Assembly (NCBI GenBank): GCA_030141605.1
Contig: JAQGDQ010000279.1
Span: 62,001 to 126,000 of the forward strand
DNA from: Tubiluchus corallicola
Lineage: Eukaryota; Animalia; Priapulida
Length of the DNA: 64,000 bases
Direction of reading: 5' to 3'
Part shown: positions 24,296 to 36,509 of the stretch, in pieces
Layout: the number at the start of each line of letters is the position of its first letter
How positions within the stretch are numbered: position 1 is the stretch's first letter
Notes under the pieces: generated by a model
The model's database searches: none
Told to the model about the DNA's origin: nothing
The model's input: the letters and a program-made list of their open reading frames with translations, nothing else
Made by a program: the position numbers and the translations under genes

Positions 24296-25496
24296 CATAA
24301 GATATCTCCAGTTGAACGTATTAGAGAATAAAATCTTTCGGCTGTAAAGCGAAAAAGCGAAAACATAAATGTCATAATTATAATTACACATAACTTTTAT
24401 TCATTTATTTTTGAACACTCATATTTTCGATCTACAACAATTATTTTGTTCGTATAAATCGCCTAGTAGGCCAGCATTAGCAGCTATTATTAATTAATGC
24501 TTTTTCATTGTTTAGAGATGGCGCTGTATTTTTGCGTAATTATACATATTACAGTAACAGGAAAACAAACTCTCAATGGTATTACAACTAATCAATTGAT
24601 GTGCAAAAATAGTCAGTCACTATTTAAAGAAACTAATATAGCTGTTAGCAAAATAAATCAAGTCAAGGCAAAGAGTATATAGGCCTACATAAGGTCAAAC
24701 TAAGGCCAGCTGAGTAAGTCTGCTTTGTAAATTCATGATTTATAATATTATCATAGCTGAGTTATACAATCATACAAGGTTACCAAGCCACCGAAGGCAG
24801 ATGATGTAACTTGAGCTATTAAAACCCATAAAAATAATTGTGCACCTCGAAACATCAATATAATACGAAAATGGACGTGACTTGTTATTATTTACAGCCA
24901 TGAGGGCAGGTTGTTTGCATTATAAAAATTTATAGCTATCGAGGCCGCTAGCTATCCGGCATATATATATTTATATGCTATGCACAAAAAATGAAGGGTA
25001 TATAGGCCTAACTACAAAATCTTGGTTGTGAAAAAATGCTGTTAATAAACAATGTTGCCCCTAAATATTTTTGAAATGCAATTTCCCACACAACATAAGT
25101 ATAAAACTATCGACTGTTTTTGTGCCAAAAGAGAAACCAAGCCGTTTATTTGTTAATAAAATTTAAAAAAATGCAACCTACTGTGTTGGCAAATACTGCT
25201 CCTTACACCAATGGCTTAACAATGGCGCCCAAACAGCAGTAGGCCCTATATTCATTTAAATTTGCATTCTAACGGAAGATAGGCTATAAATGTACATGAA
25301 GATACTGCTACTTAGTCTGCAGGAAAAATGAAAAGTTACTGTAGCGTTTCTGTAAAGTGAGGTGCCATAAATGCTAATCTGATGTGCTAATCTGATAGTA
25401 TTCTGGACAATTACTGGTTTAATTCTGCAATAGGCTCGTGTTTGCACAGTCTGTCACTGAGAGTTGCTTATTGCGCAAAAACCGCAATAGCAAGAG

Positions 25497-25511
25497 AGCG
25501 CCATCTATTGG
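25497..25511 (-). promoter_or_regulatory. CTCF-like motif
   Basis: CCAATAGATGGCGCT vs consensus CCACNAGRKGGCRC. Confidence 0.45.
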
Positions 25512-25915
25512 TAAGAGTGCATCAAAACTTCAATTTTGCTAAAATGGTAGTTATTGGTGTTCACTTTGCATGGCAGTATAATTAGGCCCACTATCACTGC
25601 CGATAAATCCACTTATGCAACTATGATATTATTGTGGTATTTGGTCATCTAAACTACCACACCACGTTTCCAAACGAATATCTTTGAAACGTGTGGACGC
25701 TCACGCCTCATTCAAGTAAAAGAAGTTTCTATCTATTTTTGTCGCCCGTTAGCATATAGCTACAACTTGTCGTGTGTAATTGACTGAATATTTCATTAAA
25801 CAAACAGATTAAGAAAAGATTATTATTTATTATTGCGATACAATGTATGTGCCTACAGGCTTATCTTGGTCGAATGTAATAAGGCCGTAAGCACCCATTA
25901 TGCATTTAATTTTTT

Positions 25916-28485
25916 TTAGCAAGTACATCTTATCAGTTCAAATGGATGGTACTGACATCGGTCTGGACACAACTGCAAGCTTCTAGGGCGTGGTCTAGCT
26001 CTTGGTCTTGGACGTCTGTGTCTCGGGCGGCTATCTCTGATCAGCTTGCTGGGACATAATGTGGTCCTCATCTTCGTCTCGTCCACAGGCGTTTCCTCGC
26101 CATCTTGGTCAACGCAGAAGCATTCTCTTTGACGAATCTGTGAGACGCGGAAATTTTAGAAAAAAATGTTTCAGCTGTAAGCCGCGTAGCCCATGAAAGT
26201 TTTCACTGTCTCTACTGAATGAAAGCAAAGCAAATTGCTAAATAGCTACTCAACTGAATGCAGTGTACTCTTGTTACATAGTGAGAATATTAGTTACTCT
26301 TTGATGAGTTAATAGACGCCCGTTGCCAATTTATTCATTCATTCGTTCGTTCGTTCGTTCGTTCGTTCATTCGTTCGTTCATTCATTCATTCATTCATTC
26401 ATTTCATTCATTCATTCATTCATTCATTCATTCATTCATCTGTTTTTTCTTTAGTTCATTCGATAGTTCATTAATTGTTTTGTTTCATTCAGTCATTCTC
26501 CCTTGTTGCTTTCTCACATCGCTATGTCAACGCTGTTCCGCTTGTGCCAACATCCATCAGTTATTTGCTCATTTGTTTATCAACATAGATTAATAAGTTA
26601 GTCAGCAAGAAAATCACTCATCCACTCAGTATGTCAGCTACTCGATTTGTCAACCACCACTTCAGTCAAATTGCAACTTAGCAAGGTGTAATATCAATTA
26701 TACGTGTAAGAGCTACCGTAGAAAAGAATACACAATTAATCAATCAGATCCTCACTCGCCCGTCCTGTCAGTCATTCATCATAGAACCAGAAGTGCAATC
26801 ATGCAGACAGCTGATCAAGTCAAGCAAGCAGTCAACGACCTGTCAGTGCATCCGTCAGGTGTAAACGGTCAACTAATCAAATGAATGGTCACTTCATTCG
26901 ATAGACATTTGATTTCACAGTCAAGTCAGCCAGCTAAATATGTGAGCATTAATCTTCATTTGATGATTGATATGACATTTAACGGAATATTGAACAAGTT
27001 ACTGTTCATGTCACATCCACCCATGGGTTTTTGAAAGAAACTAATAAAAGAGACATTACCGAGTATCCATAACCCAAGCTGTGATCGCAACTGCAGGGCG
27101 TGGTGACCTCATTCCTACACGATATTAGTCTGTCTCTTCCACAGAGTTTCCTGGCGATCAGGTCAGATAAACACATGCTTCTGAGACCAATCAAAGTGTT
27201 AATGTCTATATCGTCTACATCAACATCAAAAGCGTCCAAAACTTCTGCAGCGTTTTGTGGAAGTACGCTGGCATTTACACCTGGATAAAACGAGTTCATC
27301 TGTGAAGATTGTTTCCAAATACAGCAGTGTCGTTTGAGATAACGACTACAAGAAAAATCGACAAACATTAATCCTCAAAATAAAAGTTTTTACAAGAAAA
27401 ATACTAAGAGAGCAAAAAAAACAAAAAAATTAGCAGCAGCAAGGCGGTGTCAGATTTTCGTTAGTAGAATAAACTTTAATTCACGTTATGATTTTTAGTC
27501 CGCTTTTATTTTATTTTCGATCATTCGTACGTTAAGAATTTGTGAAAACTTCGATTACACACAGAATTATTTATGCCCTGTTTTGTTAACAGCCTGGTTG
27601 GTCATGGTTATAGACATGTACTTCAAACTAGGTTTGCAGATGGTTTTTGCTTCTTGTCAGTGTGGCGCCATCTGGTGAAAGAAAACGAAACTATCAGTAA
27701 GCCGTTACCTGCAGCTGCTAGCCGTTTTGCAAGTCTCTCCCGCAGGTTCGCACTGCCAGCCAGATTTCTTTCCCTGAAGAAGCAGGAAAATCTACTGATG
27801 TAGTCATCATCGTCGAAATCGTCATCGTCATCATCATCACCATCATCATACCGGTCGTCGCTGACTTCTCGTGAAACAGCCAGAGTGATCGCCTGAAAGA
27901 TATTCATATTATGAAATTTATGTGGATTTTTTTAGGTTCTTGGTAAAGTAAAACTGCTAAATGTATTTTTATTGCTTTCTGTGCCGAAGCAAAATAAATA
28001 AGCAAAGGGTAGATATAAAGGGTAGATTTTTCAAGAACCAGTAAAAGGGAACAATAAAAATACTTCTAGAGGAACTACATCGAGCCGAAAGTACTTCAAA
28101 ATTGGTGATTAGATGCAAAAAAAAAACAGATAATGAATTCGCTTCAAATCGAACATTTTACTCCACATTAATCATTTCTTTCATTTTCCAACATTGTGTT
28201 TTTCCTTTCATTTTCCAGCATTCTCAAGCTACATTATTTTTCTATCAAGTTGTATTTAGAGATTAGTCATCAAAACGATATTTCAACAAATTGATAAATT
28301 TTTCAGTGAAAACATTATAGAGCGGAATTAAAATGAATATGTATATGGGCTCATGAGACGTTTTATATTTTAAACAGACATGTCTACACAGATTATTTCA
28401 TGTATACTATACAAACTAGTAAATAGTAAAGAAAACTTACCAGGCAATAAGCCATCGCCAACAGTAAAAAGTATTTCTTTAGCAT
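25916..28485 (-). CDS. Uncharacterised secreted protein (223 aa): signal peptide, Asp-rich tract, Cys-rich core, Arg/Pro-rich tail. Coding exons 28441-28485, 27709-27892, 27060-27280, 25916-26137
   Basis: Four GC-richer segments bounded by canonical AG/GT join in frame (45+184+221+222=672 nt): MLKKYFLLLAMAYCL|AITLAVSREVSDDRYDDGDDDDDDDFDDDDYISRFSCFFRERNLAGSANLRERLAKRLAAA-G|VNASVLPQNAAEVLDAFDVDVDDIDINTLIGLRSMCLSDLIARKLCGRDRLISCRNEVTTPCSCDHSLGYGYS|IRQRECFCVDQDGEETPVDETKMRTTLCPSKLIRDSRPRHRRPRPRARPRPRSLQLCPDRCQYHPFELIRCTC*. AATAAA about 85 nt after the stop. Confidence 0.82.
26333..26439. repeat. (TTCG)n/(TTCA)n compound microsatellite
   Basis: Direct reading; in the last intron of the secreted-protein gene. 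Confidence 0.9.
27664..27678 (-). promoter_or_regulatory. CTCF-like motif (intronic)
   Basis: TCACCAGATGGCGCC. Confidence 0.45.
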
Positions 28486-28805
28486 CCTGTGTAAAGATTG
28501 TATGGAATTATATTTTGACCAACTAAACACCAAAATTAGTAGTAAAAAATAGTAATAATAACAAACGGGATGTTGCGACAAGAAGAGATTGGCAGTGGCC
28601 AGAAAACCTCGAAGTGAATTTCGCCGCTTTGCTTAAAGTTTTAGTACAGCTGAAAGTTCTAGATCAATAAAAGTGGTTTAGCGTTCACAAGGCGAACACG
28701 TGAACATAGCGTAAATTATAATTCAAAAGTTTTAAATGAAAAACCAAATATGCATTAAAACCTAGCAACGAAGAAAAAGTAAAAGGTTGTAAAATTATAA
28801 CCCAC

Positions 28806-28905
28806 CTGTAACTTTTTTGTATAGAATTCTTCTAAAAAGAAACAATCTCTGCTGAATCCTTGGACGGTGTGATTAGAGTCGCCTCTTCCTAAGCCCACAT
28901 TTATA
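28806..28905 (-). promoter_or_regulatory. TATA box and probable non-coding first exon of the secreted-protein gene
   Basis: TATAAAT at 28905-28899, Inr-like CTAATCAC about 30 nt downstream, donor CAG|GTGGGT at 28806/28805. A matching acceptor TTTACACAG sits 1 nt before the ATG (exon starts 28486). Confidence 0.6.
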
Positions 28906-29082
28906 CTCCTAGAACAGGATCCTCATAATTAAACCAAAACGTTTATTTTGCATTACATCCAACACGATGTGCTTACATAACCAATATTTTCATTCTAGAA
29001 ATATAAACCGCAATTCTGAGAAAGCAGCGAAAAGTACAGGTAAGTATTTTTGGTATATGGAAAAAATATATTATTATTGTCA

Positions 29083-29097
29083 CACCCAGGTGGCACT
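29083..29097 (+). promoter_or_regulatory. CTCF-like motif
   Basis: CACCCAGGTGGCACT. Confidence 0.4.
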
Positions 29098-31609
29098 AAG
29101 CTGCGCGATTTTAAGTGTTTAAGAGGTGGCTCCATATAAGTTGATGAATGTGGACTTTACAAGGGTGAGTTTTCCTATCATTGGGCTGACTGACTTTAAG
29201 GCAAAATAAATTCACGTATATCTTGCGTTTAAATTCAGTTTATCACTTTAATATCTAGTCATAGATTTGCACCCAAATTAGCACTAAATTTTAATAAATA
29301 AACTTGTAATCATAGCAATTTTAGTCACAGTCATCATCATAATCATAGTCACATTTCTAACCCTAATCACTTTTTCGTTTTGAGCGTACTCAGTGCGCAT
29401 TTCTGACATGCTGATTACAGCATCTCGATATGACGCTTTTAGCTGCATAATAATTCGGTAAAATAGAAAAAATTCTTTGCTATTTCATAATATATTGAAT
29501 GCGACCGTTTAAAATTCTTCGCAGGTAATTAGTTGTCCAACAACAAGACTGATTTCCAATTACAATATCCTGGATTCGCCCTAGCATAATTACTTCCCAT
29601 CGCACGGGACCAGACTAACATGGCGGATATTATTTTTAAGAAAAAATAAATAAAATTTAATAATATTATTCTAATGTCTGCACGAATCATTGTAGTTATG
29701 CATATATGTCCTTCAACTTCTGATTGAGGCTAATTATTCTCTTAATCAACCTATTAGGAATTTCAGACAAACTTATTACTTGTAGAAATTTAGTGCTTAC
29801 TCTTACAAGGGCGGTTTGTATCTATAAGCACATAAAGTCATGAAATTGTCTGCAATCATAAATTTAATTTTACTAGGTCAGTATACCAAAATCTGAGAGA
29901 CAAATACATGCGCTTGTAATCTCTGTTATAATATCATATCATATCATTTATATGTATATAGGTCTACTTACAATATATGTATAATCAGTAGCATAATATC
30001 ACATCCATTAGATTTGTACATTCTAACACTAGACAACAACATTTTTCTCTTCTCAAAGAACACAATTACAAACATGGGAAAGATGTGAAGGTACCAGAAA
30101 TTTAGTAGTCAGGAACAATGACTTCTGCATATAATATAGTGTACCCTAGTCCTAACTCATTATAAGTTTAGTATAGCATGTATAAGTTCAAGGACATGGA
30201 GACAATGCAGTTCAAATTATAAAATTAGCAATTAAATTGATGGTGATTACAGATGCATTCTGGTAATCTGGTTGTACTTTATTTGAGCAGATTCTATGTG
30301 GTTATTTTTCTTTGGTGCAGATAAAAATAATGTTGTGATACAAAACTGAGTTGTTTTTACAGGCAATTGAACTACCAGTTTGAAAACGGTCAGTTCAATT
30401 CGTTTTTGGTTTATTGCACTAATTCAGAAACGCTGTTTCGTTATTGTATACATGCTCAACTTGTTTACTCACTTTATTATTATAGTTTACACACGAATTG
30501 AACCGCTAATTCCGGTGCACTAATCGCAGTAATAATATTTTCCTTCTTATCCGAGAGTCTCATCTGATACTTATGCATCTTAAGCGTAATTACGGCAGGG
30601 TCGCATGTGGCAAAACTAATTAATAAGGGGAATGAGTCGGTGAAGTACAGAGAGGCCCTTCTCTCTTTGCTTAAAGCTGCAGCCGCCAAATAGGATTTAT
30701 CTCATAGTGCACGCAGGGATAATTTAATAATCGAGATGTAATCTGGTAATATGCTGATGAATAAACTGCATGATTCTACTGATTTATGACATAGAGCGGG
30801 TGGGTCAAAGCATCGACTCGCTGAAGTGCTACCACCTATGGTAGAATAAGCAAACTGATAATGTCGTAAAGTGCTCTTTAATTGTTTCTGTTTGGATGTA
30901 ATTCTTAAATTTTCGATTTTTTACTTTGCAATTTTTGTTGCTGTTTATTAAATGAGTTAAATGAAATATTGAAAAAACAAGGAAATGAAACAAGGTTTTA
31001 CTGCATTTTAGCCCAAACATCGCCCTGTAAACACTCTTGTAATAAGAAAGCTTCAAGTGTGTTGCAGGATTATTTGTTTCATTCGTTGGAAATATTTAAT
31101 TTGATTTACTGTATTATTTGAAAGTATGATTAAATTGCAAAACAAAAATTAAACATTATGCTTTCAAACCATTTTATCCACTTTAAAGAATTGTGGCAAC
31201 ACGTAGTACGTAAATAATGGTATAGTATAAGATAAGGTTGTTTTTTGTAAATATATCGAAAAATCCCAGTTCCAGGACAACGACAAAAAAAAACTCGTCT
31301 CACTTGTGTCAAATAAAAAATAATAAGATCAAAAATGTAATATAATATAGTATTTCTTTAATTATACTATATTATTATTATTTTGTTTATTCGTATATTT
31401 ACAGTTAGGAGATGAAATGTTAAGGGAAGAAAAGGGAATTTTCAAGTATGTCTCAAAAAGCTTTCCATATAAAGTTATATTACTTAGCATTACGCTCGCT
31501 TGTTTGAAAGACTTATGCAATTGAAAAAGAAAATGCTTAATAATTTAAAATATTCACGCCATCTTGTAAAACATCAATGTTTCGCATCCCCTTGTGAGTC
31601 AGAAATCGT

Positions 31610-31890
31610 CATCAATTCTCCAAAAACGCATTATCAACTTTATTGACAATACAAACTAATTTTCACTTTTGCATATTTAGTTGAACTGTGTGCTGATTAT
31701 TTTTTCAGATCTTACGCAATGTTATCTAAACTTGTTTCACATAACTTACCCATTAAAATGGTGGCATCTAACGATCATTGCCGGAGTTTAAGTTTTATAC
31801 AGCATTGCTGATAACGCAAACTCTATATGCAATAAGACACCATGTAAGTGGTATCAAATTTCAAGGCGACTTTTTTTAGCTTTACCTAAG
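31610..31890 (+). repeat. Dispersed repeat family A, copy 3
   Basis: aatgttatctaaacttgttt...ttttatacagcatt...tatgcaataagacaccatgtaagtg. Confidence 0.7.
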
Positions 31891-32709
31891 TAAAGGGTTT
31901 TCTTGTCCTTTAATACAGAGCCATGATAATGTCCGTTTCTTGGTTTATGTGAAAATAAATAAATTGGTAATTTACTTCGGCATTATCTTTGAGAACTAAT
32001 AAACATTCAGAATAATAATAAAATTAATAAATATTGATGGAATGAAAACTTATCTTTATAAATAAACTTAAGTTTCGTTTTAATTAAGTGTTGAAAAGAG
32101 GAAATTATCGAAAAGCATAACCGAAGCGACCAAACAGAATCAATGGTTTGGCAGCAAATCCCAAACTTTTCTGACAGAGAACTTGCTTAATCAAGTCAAT
32201 TTTGATGAGACGCAGCAGATTATTGTTCGTGGCTTGAGCTATATAACCTTAGTGGATGGAAAATCTTTGGAGGCCGCTGGCAAATCCCACAGTTATATAT
32301 TTGCAAATGCCGGGCAAATGGCTTCATACGATAATAGTTGTTGACGTGATTTCAGGCACGAGTGGAAGCGAAGCCAGTGTAATGAAATAGTGCAGTTAAT
32401 ATATAGAAATGATATAAATGATTTTGGAGTTTCAAGTTTTGTTTTTAATAAGTTATACATCTTTTACAATTTTCTCTATTTCACGTGTAATGTGAGTTTT
32501 TAGAACATGATCTTATTGTATGTTGCCATTTTTTTGCTTTCTTGTTAGAATAAAATTAATTATGAAATAGATATAAAAAGCAGCTACTCGGTGAAAGCAT
32601 TTCAAGTGTACTCATTCCCTTACAAGGAACATTAAGAAACGAAAGAAAGCGTTTTAATTTATTGAAATTCTGCGATAATTTGTGTATATATTATCTTAAA
32701 TGACTTTAT

Positions 32710-32990
32710 CATTTTACCTCATCTTATCTCACCTGACCTCACCTCGCTTTATTTCATTTTATTTTACCTGATCTCGCCTCATCTCGTCTTAAGTTACCTT
32801 ACCCCTATTTGTCTCACCGCCCCCCACTTCACTTCTTCTTTCACAGCCTCACCTCGTCTTAGTTTACCCCATAATTTCACCCATCTCACCTTATTTAAAA
32901 TCACCTTGGATCACCTCAGATCCTTTCACCTCCTTTCACAACATCTCGCTTCACCTCACCTCACCTCACCTCACCTCATCTCACCTCAGC
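32710..32990. repeat. Degenerate (CTCAC)n pentamer repeat
   Basis: Direct reading. Confidence 0.7.
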
Positions 32991-33285
32991 TTGTCTTATT
33001 GAATGTACCATGTTCAATATTCCTCAACTTGATGGAATTTAATAAAAATCAGTAAAAAACTAAGCCGAATTAAGCACGTGAAGATAATTTGAAAAAGAAA
33101 ATTGCCACCAGATATTGCCGCCTGCAACAATTAACATAAATTAGTGTTTATATGTATGTAATTAAATATAGCAAAATCAAAATCAAACTTATTCAAATCA
33201 AATCAAGTCAATAATTATTGATTTATTGCTATCGTTCATGGAAATTAAAATGTGATGTTTCAGTATGTAAATCCAAAATCATCAC

Positions 33286-33473
33286 AGATATGTTAGACCA
33301 TACTACTCGTTTAAATATTTAGCCTATACTCATCATAGATAGGTCACCCCATGTTCGTCATAGATATGTTAGCCTATACTCCTCATAGATATGTTAGCCT
33401 ATACTCGTCATAGATGTGTTAGCCTATGCTCGTCAGAGATATGTTAGCGTGTACTCGTCATAGATATGTCAGC
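33286..33473. repeat. 25-bp minisatellite, about 7 copies
   Basis: Unit atatgttagcctatactcgtcatag, head-to-tail with no spacers. Confidence 0.85.
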
Positions 33474-36429
33474 ACAACTCTAAGTTTCCGCACGCAGTTA
33501 CACAACAAAGGATAAAGTTTAGCTTATAAACTACGTCAACCACAAATTTCATTGCGAAGGGGAAAACTCGGCAGCCTCTCAGATTCTCGCCTTCTCTTCT
33601 CTACAAAGGCGGTTCCTCTAATGGACCGTGCTTGTATACACTGGAGACGACTCGAAAGTCTTTTGCTCGCCCGATCAAAATGTACTAAATGTAAATTAAC
33701 TTGGCTTTCAAGTCTAGAATTTGCCATTCTTCGCGAAACGGAGGTAATCCACTCGGGAAAATGTGGCTATTATCTACGCCGCGTTGCTTTTCACATCCTA
33801 ATCAAGGTTTTGTCTGTTTTCTTGCAGCGTGCAAGACTTCCACATAATAGAATGGCTCGTCAGAGGACAGAAACTCTACCTAATTATATCCGTAATAAAA
33901 AATGATGTGTTATTTTCTCCCGCTTTAATAACATTTATTAAACGTTTAGCTGCGGGACTAAAGCCTAGTCATTACCGAACAAGTTGATGATAATTAACGG
34001 TGATGGGCACGGTAATGGCAGGCATTTTACGGCGAATCAGATCTCGCTCGCTGATTGCTAATTGATTCAAGACAGATATTGTGGCTTCGTGGCAATTTAG
34101 CTTGTTCACTAAGCGCGCCAGTATACCGCAGAGAGGCTCATGTCAGCTTCCTTTACAACAATCGTCTGTTTCTTTGCAGATGCGTAATCACATCAACGGC
34201 TTCCCGAAAAGCTTTCAAAAGGTGAGCGCGGCGCTGATATAAAACTGGCTTCTTTTCGGATGAGGAGGAGGAGGAAGTAGTAGCGCTGAGAAAGGTATTT
34301 AGGTAAATCGCCCTTTTAGTAATACCTAGAAATTTAACTGTTAACACTTGGCTGGAATTGATTGGCAAGTGCCGAAAGCCACCGCGCGGTTGATTCAAGA
34401 ACTGTAGGAAAGGGACCACCCACAGTTGATCAACCAATTACGAGTATCTAAAATTTATCTTCGTCAGTTTCACGAGCAAATAGCGAAAAAGTTACCATCC
34501 ACACAGATTCTCGAAAACTGAATGATAAAAAACTTACCAAGCAATTTATCCAGGAAGTGCAGTAAAGGTCCACCCGCAGCTGAATGAATGATAAACAAAA
34601 AAAAAACTTACAATAATTACAAACTTACAAACTTCTCAAGACCGAGAAGTTTTATGGGTTTTTATTCGGTTTAGTATGAATAAAGTTTATTTCAAGTGTT
34701 ACCAAGTTCATCATTTGATATACAGTTTGATGATGATGAAGGGGATGATGATGATGATGATAATGATGACGATGATAATAATGATGATGGTGATGGTGAT
34801 ATTTGAAACTGTGAAACCCACTACCGCAAATAAGTATATCAACTTCTGTCAACAAATATTCATTGCGCATAACTTTTATTTTAAATACAATAGTCATATC
34901 ACTTTTAGAAAAAGACGGCAATGATTATAGGTAAAATGTGTTAAATATAGGTAATCAACAAAACTCTGCAGTTCTTTGATCCTCCTCGAAATCCACTAAT
35001 CTCTAAGAGGCAGAGATCTCTGGATATTTTCACTTCCTTCCTGGAATTAAGCTGTTATAATCATGTTCCTTGCTGACTTTTATTGAAACAAAGAACTGAA
35101 AGGGGCTGTCAAGTCCTTGTTCGCCCTAATGGCCACTTATCCGTTTAATACCCACTGTTACGTTACACGTCGCAAAGGCTTAGATTGAATTATCCAGTGT
35201 TAATGTATAGTTACCATCCGTGTTATGCTGATGCGTTTTGTCATCTGTCTACAAGCATAATTTCTTCTTCTTTGCCACTAGTTTGTGAAGAGTTTCGTCT
35301 CCGTCCTTAATGGACACATCAAAGGTGGCGTTTTTAAACTGATTTCTGACTTTTCCAGCGTGTTAAGCGAGGTAGCAATGCGGTTGCTGTTGCCCCAACT
35401 TTGCTAACTGATGGCGATTTTGATGATGATGATGATCACGACGATGACGGTAATGATGATGATGATGATGACAACGATTGTGACAACGATGGACATAATT
35501 TATCGTAGAATAAAATAAAATAAAATAAAAGTAACAATGCCTTGCCTAATTTACGTCATTTAACCTCTGGTGATGTCATGCTTTGTAGCGTGAAAATCAA
35601 AATTAGGCTAGTAAGAACGTCAAGTATCTTAGTCATATTATCGGATATTGAAAAAGTTGGTAATGATACTCTTAATCAACTTCGTTTATTTTACGTCCAG
35701 AGCTAATAATCTTGTATGACATTTTTCTCGCTGTATATTCTGGCAGTAAAGCGTATGTTATATAGGTCATATTGTTTGTCATTTTATTGTTGCAATCTCT
35801 GGACTAAACATAACATGTATAAACATTAGTAAGCTAAAACCCGCATACTAAACTGCTCTGCAAATTTTTCGAGTATGAATGTGCACTCGAGTCTCTATGA
35901 TGTGTGTACAAAACGATAGGAACCATTTAAAGTTATTTTGCTTAAATGTGCGCGCAATCTTGGATGCCGAGTTTTAGATTCTTCTAATAGTATCTTAAAA
36001 GATGTAATTTCTTTTTCTATATGCTTCAAAAAAAAAATTTCATTGAAGTAAAATTTTAATGTACTGTTAATGTAAGTCACTTTTGTGAACAGTCGTTTCA
36101 TTAAGTTCTTTTTTAATCTTTCCAAAAAGTAAGTTATGCTTTCATAATTAGTTTTTTTGTACGTATTTTCATTTTTATGGCCTAAGGCAATGTGTGCGAG
36201 CTGAAATAAAGATTGAATTAAATTAATAAATAAAAAATAAATAAATTTAATTAATACACTATTATTTAAGTACCGACATCTGGATAACAAATGCATGATT
36301 GTTGTCAAAAGAAACTGTAATCCCGGAGTTATTTAATGAATAACTTTTAAACCTGGTAATTACTCTGTTGAAGTAAACAAACTTTAAAAAATTATGAGAC
36401 AAGTCCAGATTTTTACTCCAGATACTACA

Positions 36430-36509
36430 GTCCAGATAGCTGAGATGGTAGAACAGGCGTCATTAAGGATTAGTAGCTGGTTCAAACCCGATCTAGTTCA
36501 TAATTTTTT
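36430..36509 (+). pseudogene. tRNA-like pseudogene / SINE head
   Basis: A box TAGCTGAGATGG, B box GGTTCAAACCC, T6 run; no proper anticodon arm. Related degenerate heads near 47525-47600 and 58845-58930 share ttcaacttgtaatc.aaaggtt with each other. Confidence 0.5.

Noticed and set aside
27281-27368. N-terminal part of ORF 27006-27368 as coding
   Set aside because: The acceptor at 27346 is out of phase with the upstream exon; only the TTTTATCCAG acceptor at 27281 keeps the frame, so this part is intron.
33286-33473. Regular 25-bp repeats resembling a CRISPR array
   Set aside because: Units are head-to-tail with no unique spacers, there are no cas genes, and the context is eukaryotic; it is a minisatellite.
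36430-36500. Functional tRNA gene
   Set aside because: No 5-bp anticodon stem with a 7-nt loop and an imperfect acceptor stem.
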